NCBI GenBank assembly: GCA_964016885.1 | Contig: OZ024740.1 | Coordinates: 312,790,001-312,854,000, forward strand | DNA length: 64,000 nucleotides | DNA from: Eledone cirrhosa | Taxonomy: Eukaryota | Direction: 5' to 3' | Shown here: in pieces, positions 39,491 to 51,989 of the stretch | Numbering within the stretch: the stretch's first letter is position 1 | Layout of the letters: the number at the start of each line of letters is the position of its first letter | Position numbers and translations under genes: made by a program | The notes under the pieces: generated by a model | Told to the model about the DNA's origin: nothing | The model's database searches: none | Seen by the model: only the letters and a program-made list of their open reading frames with translations

Positions 39491-40040
39491 TCATCATCAC
39501 CGTTTTATGTCCATTCTTCCACACTAGCACAGGTTAGACGAATTGTCCTGTTGTGGGCAATGCCAGGTCAAGTGACCATGTCTTACTCATACAGATCTGA
39601 TTTTGGATTGATTTCTACAGCTGGATGCCCTTCCTAACACCAACCTCATTTACAGTGAGTGCTGGGTGCTTTTTACTGTGGCGCCTACATGACCACTCTA
39701 CAGTGTGAATTGGGCGCTTTTTTGTCGTGACACCTACACGACCCCTTTACAGTGAGAGGGAGTGGGGGGCACTATCTATATACTTCAGATTCGGCTTGTA
39801 CCCATGGGAGGTCGGGTCTTCTGTATTACTGCGTAACACCAGAGGTCTCTGTCCTGTGTCATCACCTTTGAGACGTGCAATTGGGCAAGGTCAGCTTTTA
39901 TCACCTCATCCCAGGTCTTCTTAGGTCTCCCAACTCCAAGTGCTCTGCACTTTTTTATGCAGCTGTCATCCTTCATACGCATCACATGTCCATACCAACG
40001 TTATCTCCTCTCCTGCAAACATTTGATTCCTCTTATGCTT
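39486..40040 (-). mobile_element. RTE-clade LINE 3' fragment (related pieces 2850-3360, 4970-5335, 12230-12410, 26520-26770, 50597-50940, 60497-61180)
   Basis: MRMKDDSCIKKCRAL..GRPKKTWDEVIK; same 3' UTR and CAT/GAT tail. Confidence 0.8.
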
Positions 40041-40200
40041 TATATATATATATATAGTATATATATATATGTATATATTGTGTATATATATATATATATA
40101 TATAGATGTGTGTAATGTGTGTGTATACAGAGAGAGAGAGAGCGAGAGAGAGAGAGACAGAGCTAGAGAGAGAGAGAGAATCAAAGAAGATGATGACTAC

Positions 40201-40383
40201 CTTGCCAACAATCATACTGTTAAGAATCCCTTCCAATTCAGCTGACATCACTACAAGGCCATGGATGGCTTTCTGTATCTCTTCCAGGCTCCATTTTATT
40301 ACCTTTAGTAATCCATTAAAACGTAACAACTCTTGTACCAATACTGTGTTCATTGATTCATGGTAACTGATGGCATACTTTAT
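40201..40383 (-). CDS. DNAH3: DNAH3-like exon (ESMNTVLxQEL)
   Basis: ttcag|ATA..AAG|gtagt; [26 protein letters not shown]...NSMIVGK. Confidence 0.93.
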
Positions 40384-41279
40384 CTGAAGGGATAAATAAT
40401 GGATAATTGGTTGAAGGACAATATGTATTGGATTTGTTTGATTGGAATAAATTAATACTAGAAGCAAATCATCAACGTCATCATCATCATCATCACTGCC
40501 ACCATCATCATTACCAATATCCCTATCAACACTATCATCATCAAAACCACCACCACCATCATGACAATCAATATCACCACTATCATCATAATCATCATCA
40601 CCACGACCACTACCATCGCCATCATCACTTATATCATCATCCTTATCATTTTATGTTTGTTTTTCCATGCTGGCATGGATTTGACAGATTGCTACAGGCC
40701 AAGTAATCAGAGCTAGTGTTCTTCCAGACATACCAAGGGCCATGTCTCACATACATACACTCCAGTTTTGGCATTGGATACTCTTCCTAATATCCACCAC
40801 TTTACAGAGTGTATTGGATTGTGTGTTGTGTTATTGAGGAAAACACTTTATATCATTCATATTGCTCCAGTATACACAACTGAAAATAAGTACCAGCAGT
40901 AGCTGAGGGATTAACCCTGCAATAGACTGGTGTTCTATCCAGAGAGGAGTCTTGTACCCTCAGTTGCTTCATGCCACAGAAACTGAGATCAGTACCAGCC
41001 TGATGAGCTTCCAGGCATGAGATAGTCTTTAGACATTTTTTTATTCAATGAATGTATGTCTTTACGATAAAAATTTACTCAGATAAAGCTATATATGCAA
41101 TGTCCATGAGCTTAGATGGTTTCGCTTGGGGATCCAGCCGGATCAATTGGAAACAGTTACTTCTGACAGGACCCACTAGAAGGAGTGTTTGAAAACTCTG
41201 CCTCCACAACCCTCTCAGGAATAAGTGGGTGAAGAAGAAATTTTATAGATATTTAGGAATGAAATGAGGTGTACCAAAC

Positions 41280-41378
41280 CTGAATCTCTTCAATGTCAAA
41301 TGCCGGTGATATTTTAGAAAGGATATCACTGGCTAAGTCTTCTATGATATCTTGTGATGACTTCCCAGCACCTAATGT
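41280..41378 (-). CDS. DNAH3: DNAH3-like exon
   Basis: aacag|ACA..CAG|gtttg; TLGAGKSSQDIIEDLASDILSKISPAFDIEEIQ. Confidence 0.9.
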
Positions 41379-41941
41379 CTGTTGTAAAAAGAGATTGAAA
41401 ATCTGAATCATATACACAAAAAACAAGATCTCTATATGACTATTATTATTGTTATCAATAATTGGAAGTATTGATACTGCCAATCCAATAATGGATTGGT
41501 AGTGTCAATAGAGCATCAGACAGCATGCTTTACAGCATAGAAGAGTTAAAATCCTGCTGAGGTTAGGTTTGTCTTTAATCCTTACAGGATTGATAAAATA
41601 AAACATCAGTAATGCACTGGAGTTGATTTAATCTATTGATTTAATCTACTATATTGTATGACAATCAATTGCAAGGCTTAGATATTCCTATGGCAGTCTA
41701 ACCTTAACAAATAGCTGTGTATGTGTATATATGTATATGTTCATATGTATGTATAAATAAATAAATGAGAAGAGCTAGTGGCATGATCTTAGATAAGAAA
41801 GTCAATGGGGTTGTGCTGAATGCTGTACATGATAAATTATTAACCCATTTATATTTCTGGAGAAAGGGAAACTAATTGGTTTCCTGTGAACCTTTCTACA
41901 GCTTTCTTTGCCTTTGGTTCTCTCTCTCTCTCTCTTTTGGG

Positions 41942-41994
<53 letters not shown>

Positions 41995-42324
41995 ACTCTA
42001 CTACCTGACTGGTCCTTTATTAACCCTGGAATATCATCATTATCATTGTTTAAGACCCACTTTCCCTGCTATCAAGGGTTGGACAGGTCTACATAAACAA
42101 AGTCAGTACTGAAACAGTGGCTACTGATCTTCCAGAAAGGTAAAATTCACCCGAACAGGATTTGTACTAAGAAACCATACACCTTCTATTTGGCATTCCA
42201 ACAACTCTGTCAATTCACCACAGTAAAAGTTCTGGCCTTGTGTGAGAAATCATTATTGTAATTTAGATTTTTTTTTATTTGGCTTTGTCATTGCTTGTGT
42301 CACTTATGTCACCGTTTTACATCC

Positions 42325-42535
42325 ATGCAGAATCAGTAGAGCGTTGGACCAAATGCTTTGCAGCACAGAACTATGGCCCTTTACGTTCTGATTTCAAATC
42401 CCACTGAGGTTAGCTTTGCCGTTCATCCTTACAGGGTCAATAAAATAAACCACCAGTAATGCACTGGGATTGATTTAATCGACTTTTCCCTCCCCTTCAA
42501 ATTGCTGGCCTTGTGTCAAAAGTAGAAACAATTAT
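42325..42535 (+). mobile_element. tRNA-derived SINE with Deu/Nin-like core (representative of >20 copies, e.g. 2100-2285, 11315-11520, 14330-14540, 15170-15380, 21585-22010, 26915-27110, 29460-29635, 45862-46040, 58222-58400)
   Basis: Family pattern: A-box-like GGCAGAATCGGTAGAGCG, B-box-like GAGTTCAAATCC, core GCCTTTCATCCT..GGTCGATAAAATAAAGTACCAG, tail GGCCTTGTGCC..GAAACAATTAT. Confidence 0.8.
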
Positions 42536-43669
42536 TTTAAGTCTAGCATGGATCAGAAGATCTGTTGACTTTTGAGTTAGGTGCCAGCTGCTGTACTGGT
42601 AGTTGCTCAACCAAAGTAAGGAGTAACATGTTCAGTCAAACTGAGTTATATACCTTGCATAATACCCATTGCAAATTATAGCTAAGGTACTGTTTTTAGT
42701 ACTAGGTATTTGTAAGGAGCAATAATTGTTTTTTCTGTATCAGTACTGGGTAGAAAAGTGTTTAGTGACATAACTTCTTTTCCATTTAGACACCCTTTTA
42801 ACTTCTAACCATTCAACTGAGGACCCTTTTGTCTCTTAGATAAACTGAAGTAAACAGTATGGTGTATATTACCCTAGGAGTACAAAATATTCATTATAAT
42901 CAGATTTGAACTCATGATCATGGGATAGCTGTCCAGAACATCTAACTCACAGACACTGTGTCTCATTAAAAAAACAAACCAAAGTTATAGTAACATTAAG
43001 ACACCATAGTGTAATTATTGTGAAAATAGTCCTTACCTATCATTACCATATTTCTAATGAAATACACCACCTATGATTTTCAAATAATTTTGAAAATTAT
43101 ATAGAAATTGGAAGGGTTTAGTAAAATGACTAACTTTCTCATTTTGAAGTTGGTTTTAGTGATTGAAGGTGGAGAATTGGCAGAGTCATTAGAATGTTGG
43201 ATAGAATGCTTTGCAGCATTTATTTCAACTCTCTACTCTCTGAGTTCAAATCCTCATGAGGTCAACTTTACCTTTCATCCATTCAAGGTCGATTAGAAAA
43301 AGTAACAGTCAAGTACTGGGGTCAATTCTTCCTCTATATCTCTTTCTAACCTCCATTCTGTCCTTCGCTATCCTTCTCTGGAAGAAATCTGCTGTATTCA
43401 GACCTGGAGAGGGATGGACTCTGCCAAGTTTAAAAAAGCCCTAGAAATGCTGTATGTCAACACAGCACCCATATGACTCCCTCAGGAGTTACGGGATCAT
43501 CCATGCATGTATTTTGTGATTAACTTATCAAATGTTCTTACATAAAATTATAAGGGGAAGTTTTTAGATAAAAACACTTTAAAAATAAACAGTTTTGTAT
43601 CATAAAACTAAGTGTGGTTTCAAGCAGTTCGGGATCAAAAGAGTTAAAATTCTTAAGTTAAAATGTTAC

Positions 43670-43762
43670 CTGTTTAGGCAGAGTCATGAGGACACCTTCA
43701 AATAATTGCTGAGTTTCTTGCTGATCTTTGGAAATGTCAGCATTTTCATGGAGACCAAATAC
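43670..43762 (-). CDS. DNAH3: DNAH3-like exon (FGLHENADI)
   Basis: atcag|GTA..CAG|gtaac; VFGLHENADISKDQQETQQLFEGVLMTLPKQ. Confidence 0.93.
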
Positions 43763-43848
43763 CTGATAGAACAATTCAAGAATTGTAGTGACAATGAGGT
43801 ATGATGTGTATAGAAATATGAAGGTCAATAAGAGGTGGGTTCAACAGG

Positions 43849-44005
43849 TAGGGCCAAATTTAGACCTTGGGGGCCTAGGACAGTTCAGGTTGGAGGGGGG
43901 GGGGAGGGAGGCAATTCATGTTTGGAGGCCAAGGCTGTTCCTAGAGGGGGCCATGTTTGACAAAGGGGCGCCTAGGACATTCACCTACTGATAAATCTGG
44001 CCCTG
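43849..44005. mobile_element. hAT-like MITE (partial relatives ~25155, 25649)
   Basis: TAGGGCCAAATTTA / TAAATCTGGCCCTG TIRs; 8-bp TSD not preserved. Confidence 0.4.
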
Positions 44006-45087
44006 TATCCATCCAAGATCCAGAGATCCAATGAGGAATATGTGAATATCTGATGACCCTCTAAAAAAAATCTTTCAGTCCTCTTGAATTCTGAGATGAG
44101 CTAGACACCGTCACCTGACTTGACTTGTCTCACATCAGGACAACTCATCTAACCCATGCTATCATGGAAAAATGGGTGTTAAACAATGATGATGCAAGAT
44201 TAACTCAATTGTGCTACTGCCATGATAGTAGATTATTTTGGACTTTCTCATCATCATCATCATCATTGTTTAACATTCATTTTTCCACACTAGCATGGGT
44301 TAGATGAGTTGTCCTGCTGTGAGACAAGTCAGGTGAGGTGATCGTGTCTTGCTCACAGAGAACTGTTTCTGGCTTGGTTTCTACAGCTGGATGTCCTTCC
44401 TAATGTCAACCACATTTACAGTGCAAACTGGGTGCTTTTTATTGTGACACCAATATATCAACCATAGAGTGTTGACTGGATACTTTTTGTCATGTAAGAC
44501 TAAACAATACTCACTACTCAACACTCCCATTTCATTCATGGCAACTAGGAGAATAAGGGAGAGAGCAATGACAGTGAACCAAGCTGTGTGGATAGAAGGA
44601 GCAAGAGTATGTTAAAAGAGATCTGGGTATCAGTGTGCTTCATATCACCAACTACTTAACAGAGTGCTAAACCTGCCAAATACTCACACATATACACACA
44701 TATACATGTATACAGACACATGCATGTATATATATATGTATATATATATATATTTCTTTTTCGGACTTCTGTGTTTTATAGAGATGTATTAGTAAATATT
44801 AATGTTATTTAATAGATTCTGAAGAGAATCATTATAACAGGAATGAATATTTGATTAAATGATTTAATTTAAATCCTGGTTACTCTTTATTATTCATCTC
44901 TCTCTCTCCCTCTTTCTCTCTATATATATATATGTGTATGTATAGAATAAGGAAAATGCAAAGTTGTATATATAGATATACACACATGTGTGTGCGTGTG
45001 TATCTTTTGTTCACATTACTCCACATTAACACTCAAACATTAACCTGTTACACTCTGTCATTCCACTGTTAACATTAAAAGACTGAC

Positions 45088-45348
45088 CTCTGGATGTGGG
45101 ATAAATGGCAGACCCCGGATATATTCCAGGTAGGATTCCAAACTTCCACAGGACGGAGCATAATACAAGCCACTCTCAGAGAATTTATATTGTTCATTCA
45201 CAATGATGTCATGGCAACAGAACTTCTTGAGTAGACTCATGATGAGGCGTCGGTCACTGTTGTCAGTCACTCGTCCACCATAGTTGCACTCCCCAGTCAG
45301 GTAAAGTAGGGCTTCAAAAGGGGGTTCTTCATAGTCATTGATCAACAT
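45088..45348 (-). CDS. DNAH3: DNAH3-like exon (AAA lid, GECNYGGRVTD)
   Basis: tgtag|ATG..GAG|gtcag; MLINDYEEPPFEALLYLTGECNYGGRVTDNSDRR...PHPE. Confidence 0.94.
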
Positions 45349-46548
45349 CTACATAATGTAACAAGTATATAAGATTAAATAGAAGTACATACAAGTAGTC
45401 AATTAATTATTAACTAGGAACCTAATAAATATCTTTTGATATGACCATACAGTTTAAGTACTATTGACTTGATAACTGATATGATTGGTTTAAGCTTGGT
45501 AATGTTGAGTTGCTCATTAAACTGTATGGTCATATCAAAAGATCAACTTGTAGTGTGAGTAAGTTATGCCTGGAAGGTAAGAGAATCAGAGGTCAACAGC
45601 CAAAACGCTGGCTTGATAATATCAACTTATGGGCTGGACTTTAAAACCTTTGTTCTTTAAACTCTGCTGTTGGTGATCAAACTTTGTGGGGAAGAATATC
45701 TCATGCTGATGCACTGTCTGCAACAGGCGGAGTGAGCATCTAGAAATTATAAATATGATACACAAAAATATATAATCAAAGTGAGACCCCCCCCCCCTCC
45801 AACAAAAAAAAACATTAATTCAACACTAAGTGTGTCAATTGGTCACCGTATTTGTTATATAATTGTTTCTACTTTTGGCACAAGGCCAGCAATTATCCCA
45901 GTGTATTACTGGTACTTTATTTTATCGACCCCGTAAGGATGAAAGGCAAAGTTAACCTCGGCAGGATTTGAACTCAGAGCATAAAGGGCCATAACTTTTT
46001 GCTGCAAAGCATGGTGTCTGACCCTCTAAACTTTTATCAGTCAATAATTAACCATTGATGTAAGCACAAAATAAAGTGAGAGGACAACACTTTCAAAAGA
46101 TGGAGTTCAGTGCAGTGTATTGTAAAATATAGTACATATAAGAATGTGAGGTGGCCAACTGGTAGAATTGTTAGAACGTTGGATAGAATGCCTTGTAGTA
46201 TTCATTCTGGTTCTCTGCATTCTGCATTCACCAGGGAAGGAAGTGACTTTTAACGAAAGTATCACTCTCAATATACGATGTATCATCATCGTTTAATGTC
46301 CACTTTCCCTGTTAGCAAGGGTTGGACAAGTCTTCATAGACCAAGTCAGTACCGAGGCAAAGCCACTGGTTTCCCAGGCAGGCTAGGGATCTGTATCTTG
46401 CTTATGTATGGTCAATGCTTCATTGAGGGCACAGGAGAGATTGAGAGATTGTCATGTCTTTGACACAACTGTGGGTTCTCCCAACCCTTTGTTTGGCAAG
46501 ATGCATCTAAAAAATATGCCACTTATTATTGAAATAAAATATAAATAC

Positions 46549-46686
46549 CTGCAACTGTTGTATTGAAACATTGAGATCAGATTCATTGAATTGGTAAGGA
46601 ATATTCCAGCCAAGAGCTCCAAACTTGCGCCGTTCTTGTACCAAGGCATGGAAGAAACACAGACCAAATAGCAATTTCTTAAATAC
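46549..46686 (-). CDS. DNAH3: DNAH3-like exon ([13 protein letters not shown]..GWNIPY)
   Basis: tttag|GTA..CAG|gtatt; [46 protein letters not shown]. Confidence 0.94.
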
Positions 46687-47499
46687 CTAAAATATATCCA
46701 CAAGCAAAATAATAATTTCCTCATTATATTGAATATCTCTCTCTCTCTGTATATTTACATTGTTTAGCTCTACACTTTGCTACAGATGTGAATCTAAACA
46801 TTGTGCGTATTTTGTCACTAGACACTTAATAGTCAATGGCCTTGTCCACATAACAGTAAACAAGACAGTTTATTACAACCAAGGAACAAAAATACATCTC
46901 ATGATGTTGTTGTTGTTGTTGTTTAACCACAGTTGAAGCCTGATCGAGCAGACCAATGAATGATCAAAGACATTCAAGTACTGACCATCCCATCTCTAAT
47001 TTTTTAATATCCTACCTCTATTTTTCTAGCATAGTGTATCTAGAACTACACTGTCCAATGTATTCTCTTGTTCTAAGATGGTATGGTGTGATGGTAGGGT
47101 AATTTGGAATGGTCAAAGCTGGTATGTCTTTGATGGTATGTGTGTGGGATTTGTTGTTGAAAGTATCATATATTCTTTTCTTTTAGGCTTGTGAGTAGTT
47201 TTGTGGTTGAGTGTAGTAGTCTGAATCCATGTTGTGATTTGGAAAAGGGGATATGTAGGTTAGTGCTTAATACTAATGGCATTAAAAACATTTTTATGGA
47301 ACTAAAATATATTATTATTCACAACATTCACATAGCAATAATTCAGGAAGCATTCTTATTACCAGATTACATAACATAAATCATTCTAAATCATATTCAA
47401 ATCAAACTAGACAAATCTTTTCACCTATATCCAATATATAAATACCACAAATGGCATCTATAAACTAATAAGAAATGACACTATACTAGGAATGTAAGC

Positions 47500-47630
47500 T
47501 TTTGGAAACATTTGCATGCTCAGAGTTGCTGAAGCATGGAACAAACTACCTGCATCAGTTGTTAGCTGTTGGGACACTGCATCCTTCAAAACCTCTGTTT
47601 CCCGAAATTCGTCAACACTACACCTAATAC
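47500..47630 (+). mobile_element. CR1/L2-like LINE 3' end
   Basis: RVAEAWNKLPASVV..ASFK C-terminal motif. Confidence 0.6.
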
Positions 47631-47696
47631 CCCCCCCCCCCCCCATACACATGCACCCATGTGTGTGTGTATGTCTGTCTGCCTGTGTATATATCA

Positions 47697-48240
47697 CTAG
47701 CTGAGCTACCCGGTAATTCCCAGCTATTTTATTAAAGTTTCAATATTTAACCATTGAAATATGATTGCTGAATTTTTACTAAAGTACGAATTATAGCAGA
47801 ATCTTTATTGCCATTTGTTTAAAGCAAATCATGTAGATAAAAATATTATTAGTTTTGTCTAGTGGTGATTTTTTAAAATACTGCTCCCTATTACAGTAAG
47901 CATATATAATGCTTTGCACTTGGAAGAATCATTAGGTATGTTGTCAGTGGCATGACCCAAAAAATAAATTTAGATTTTATTTATCCTTTTTCTTTTTGCA
48001 AGGGAGGCAACTCCGCTATTCTAATTGCTTCCCCTTTTCGAATATACTTTATTGCCGTGGTTTTTTCATAAATCAAGTCGTTGCTAATCCGTCGGAGCTC
48101 GACAAAAATACCCCCACTTTCTTCCTTGGAAAAAGTTACATCTATGGTACAAATTTGGTGTCGTTTGGTCCAGCCGTTTGGCCAAAAGTTTGTTACATAC
48201 ATAGATACATACATACCACTGTCGGCTTTATTAATATAGA
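47697..48240 (-). mobile_element. non-autonomous Helitron, different family
   Basis: A|TCTATATTAATAAAG plus short GTAT microsatellite at the 5' end, CTAG|T 3' end with degenerate hairpin. Confidence 0.65.
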
Positions 48241-48521
48241 TAACTCATATACTGGTCACTTTCTTGACTTTTGTACATTATTGTATGTATATGCATGCAC
48301 ATTTGATGAGTTGTAGTGCACCTGAGCACCTTACATAATAATTTTCATTATATATGAAACAAAAAATCATAACCTGAAGCACATTGATGATGATGATGGT
48401 AAAGATGGTGAGGATGAAGATAATGATGATGATGATGGTGAGGATGAAGACAATGATGATGATATTTCAGACACTGATAACATCACACAATGACCATCAC
48501 TCCTTAAGACTTTTTTCTTAC

Positions 48522-48728
48522 CTGAGGTTTGTTGCATGACTCCAAAAATTGCTGCTCAGCCACGGGGCTGTTGAGGTAAGACTGCAGTAGTTTAGCTCTC
48601 AGGCCCTTCGGTGGTTCATTGATGATCTTGATGCTGTTCTGTAGCACCGAGACAGGGAACTGGGGTGATGGATATGTTGTTAGCCAGAGACGGAAACTCT
48701 CTTTAGTACATGCTGGGTTTTGTAGAAC
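48522..48728 (-). CDS. DNAH3: DNAH3-like exon (AAA6, FRLWLT..NEPPKGLRA)
   Basis: tgcag|GTT..CAG|gtaag; VLQNPACTKESFRLWLTTYPSPQFPVSVLQNSIKIINEPPKGLRAKLLQSY... Confidence 0.94.
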
Positions 48729-49398
48729 CTGCATACAAACGTAGTACAATAAAATACAGTTCATTATCTGGGCTGTGTGTATATGTGTGTGTACTGTGAA
48801 ATGTGGCATGTGTGCATGTGTGGTATGTTTGTGTAATATGCTATGTCTATGTAGTACAGTGTATGTGTGTGTGAACTCTGAAATATGGTATGTTTATGGA
48901 GTATGCTATATCTGTGTAGCACAGTATGTGTGTGTGTGTGTGCGTGTTTGTGTAATATGCTATGTCTGTTTGTGTAACTATTTGTGCATGTGTGGCATGC
49001 AGAGGTGTACTGTAGAGTACTGTATCTCTGTATATGTGTTTGACATGTGTAGTGTACCATTCTATCTGTGTGTATGTGTGTGATATACTGCGTAGTGTGG
49101 TCTATATCAGTGGAGGTGTGTGGCCCTGTGGTAAGGGTGTTGGACTTATGATATATAATGTCATGGGTTTTGTGTTGTGCTCTTGAGAAAAAGACTTTAT
49201 TTCATGTTGCTCCAGTATACTCAGCTGAAAACGAGTACCGGCAATACCTGGAGATTTAACCCAGCAATGACTGGCATCCTGTCCAAGGAAAAGTCTTATA
49301 TTCTCAATCACTTCATGCCATGGAAACTAGAGTAAGTACTGACCTGATGAGCCTCCAAGCTCAAGACAGACTTTAAACTTTAGATTTTAGAGGTGCAT

Positions 49399-49556
49399 GT
49401 ACATGTGTGACTTGTGTGGTCTACTGTGTAGTACAGTGTACATGTGTGACTTGTGTGGTCTACAGTGTAGTACAGTGTACGTGTGTGACTTGTGTGGTCT
49501 ACTGTGTAGTACAGTGTACATGTGTGACTTGTGTGGTCTACAGTGTAGTACAGTGT
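49399..49556. repeat. 39-bp tandem repeat x4
   Basis: GTACATGTGTGACTTGTGTGGTCTAC(T/A)GTGTAGTACAGT. Confidence 0.9.
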
Positions 49557-51048
49557 CTGTCTGTATGTGTCTATATATAGTGTATTATGTAGTATGGTGT
49601 GAAGGCACATGGCTTTGTGGTTAGGGTATTCAGCTTACAATCATAAAGTCATGAGTTTGATTCCTGATGATGTGTTGTGTCCTTGCAGGGTTAAACCTCC
49701 AGCTATTGCTGGTACTAATTTTCAGCTGAGTAAACTGGAGCAACGTGAAATAAAGTGTCTTGCTCAAGGAAACAACACATCACCTGGTCCGAGAATTGAA
49801 CTCACAACCTTTCGATTGCAAGCCTAATGTTCTAACCACTAAGTTGGAAGTTTAACCCTGTGATGGACTGGCGTCCTGTCCGGGGGGGGGGGGGGGGAGT
49901 CTTGTACTCTCAGACATTTCACGCCATGAAACCAGGATAAGCACCGGCCAAATGAGCCTTCTGGCTTAAGACAGACTTTAGACTTTTTTTTAGTTGTGTC
50001 CTTGAGCAAGATACTATTTCCTGTTGCTCCAGTCCACTCAGATGGCAAAAATGAGTTGTACCTGTCGTTCCACTGGTCAGACTTGTCACATTCTGTGTCA
50101 TGCTGAATCTCCCTGAGAACTACGTTAAGGGTACATATGTTTGTGGAATGCTCAGTCACTTGCACGTTAATTCATGAGCAGGCCTTTCCGTTGATCAGAT
50201 CAACTGGAACACTCATCGTCATAACCGATGGAGTGCCTCATGTAGTATGGTGTATGAGCTTGGGTTGGGATTTGAGGGATTTGGCTGTTATTTCTAGCAA
50301 GGTAAGCCATTGCATAAAGGTTTTATGAAAGGTACCTAATAACTACTTGGTGCAATATAACCAACTGTTCCCTACCCATAAATTTGTGGGCTTGTGTCAA
50401 TTTTAGAAATTGTTATTGTCATTATTTAGTTATCCTAGGGTGGTGGATTGGCAGAATCGGTAGAGCGCCGGACACCTTTTTTTTTTGCAGCATGGCCCTT
50501 TACGTTCTGAGTTCAAATCCCACCCAAGTTAGCATTGCCTTCTATCCTTATGGGGTCAATAAAATAAAGTACCAGTCATGCACTGGTACTTTACTTTTGA
50601 GACAAGTCAGGTCAGGTGACCGTGTTCTTGCTCATACGGAACAGTTTCTGGTTTGGTTTCTATGGCTGGTTGCCCTTCCAAATGCCAACCACATTTACAG
50701 TGTACTGGATGCTTTTTATTGTGGCACCAAAATGACCACTATACAGTGGGGACTGGGGGGGGGGGGTAGTGGAACGTGGGAGGTGCATGGAAGGGGAGGG
50801 GAAAGTGATGCATACTATATGTATGCTTCAACCTGTGCACATTGGAAGGCAGGTCTTCTGTATTACTGCGTAACGCCAAAGACCTCAATCCTGTGTCATT
50901 GCCTTTAAGAGGAGCAATTGTGCAAGGTCAGCTTTTATTACATGATAATGTGAATGATGAAGTGAATGGAAGAAGAGCAGAAAGAAGAGGAAATGGTGGA
51001 ATAGGAAGAGAAAGCAGAGAACACTGGTTTATTAAGAAAAGATCTTAC

Positions 51049-51135
51049 TGTTTCACAGATGCGTTCTAAGTGTCCAAACCAGGAGACAGCAAGATGACAG
51101 TTCTGTAAGACAACCCAGGTACCTTGTTCTGCAGC
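51049..51135 (-). CDS. DNAH3: DNAH3-like exon (GTWVVLQNCHLA)
   Basis: gtcag|GCT..ACA|gtaag; AAEQGTWVVLQNCHLAVSWFGHLERICET. Confidence 0.94.
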
Positions 51136-51438
51136 CTGACAGCCAGCAAAGGAATGAATATTAGTTATCAGGAGACAGAATATACATTTTTGCATTATTA
51201 TTTCACTTTTGCATCATTGTTTTTACAAAAGATTTGTAAACAAACTGACCATCAAGTCTGGTGACCTCAGATAGCCAGTACCTTTTATAGATATGGGCTG
51301 AGCCAAGAAGAGCTGATTTTTGCAGGTAGGAAATGTTAAGTTGTATTCCAAATTCTTCTAATTTCTTTGGTATAGATCCCAGCGCACCAACAACAACAGG
51401 AATCTCCTTTGCTGACATATTTATTATTATTATTATCA

Positions 51439-51921
51439 CTAGCAGAAAAACCATCCTTCGGGTGGTTTTCTGCTAGCATGTGTAGTGTGTATATTGATAT
51501 TATATGCAGGTATATATACATGTAGATATGATACATCAAATAAAATCGTAATTGACAATATATAATACATAGAAATTGAACGAAAACTGTGTTACACTGT
51601 CTTATTTAATCAGTAACGTAATCCATGATACATTAAAAAAGACAATATTATATATATACTGCATTAGGAGAAAATTAATGACAGAAAATTAGTATGTTTA
51701 TTTAAGCGATCGCCACCGGAAGTGTTGACATTTCAGAAATTTTAAAGAAGTGAATCTTTAAATAAACAAAATATATTTAATCAACAGCCACGAAATTTAG
51801 TAGATAAATTATGTAATTTTCATTCATTATTTATTCAAAGTAATCCAACTTATTTTACTAATGGGATAAAAAATTATAAACCGTACGCAGTCCCACACTC
51901 CTTACTTTATTATAGTTTAGA
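51439..51921 (-). mobile_element. non-autonomous Helitron (copy 2, 483 bp)
   Basis: A|TCTAAACTATAATAAAG...hairpin-CTAG|T; no TSD; same boundaries as copy 1. Confidence 0.78.
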
Positions 51922-51989
51922 TCATCATTTTCTACTAAATCATTAACTCTTAACATCCTGTAATGATTTAGTAGAAAATGTCTAAAACA

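Noticed and set aside
40407-40706. His-rich ORF (also the Ser/Glu/Arg ORF at 37134 and Gly/Val ORFs at ~56000)
   Set aside because: Simple (CAT/CAC)n, (GA)n and (GGT)n repeats in dynein introns.
49320-49378. Hammerhead-like GAAAC..CTGATGAG in the tails of the second SINE family (also ~1665-1715, 40980-41030)
   Set aside because: No GAAA follows the putative stem II, and no stem I/NUH lies between GAAAC and CTGATGA, so the topology cannot be completed.
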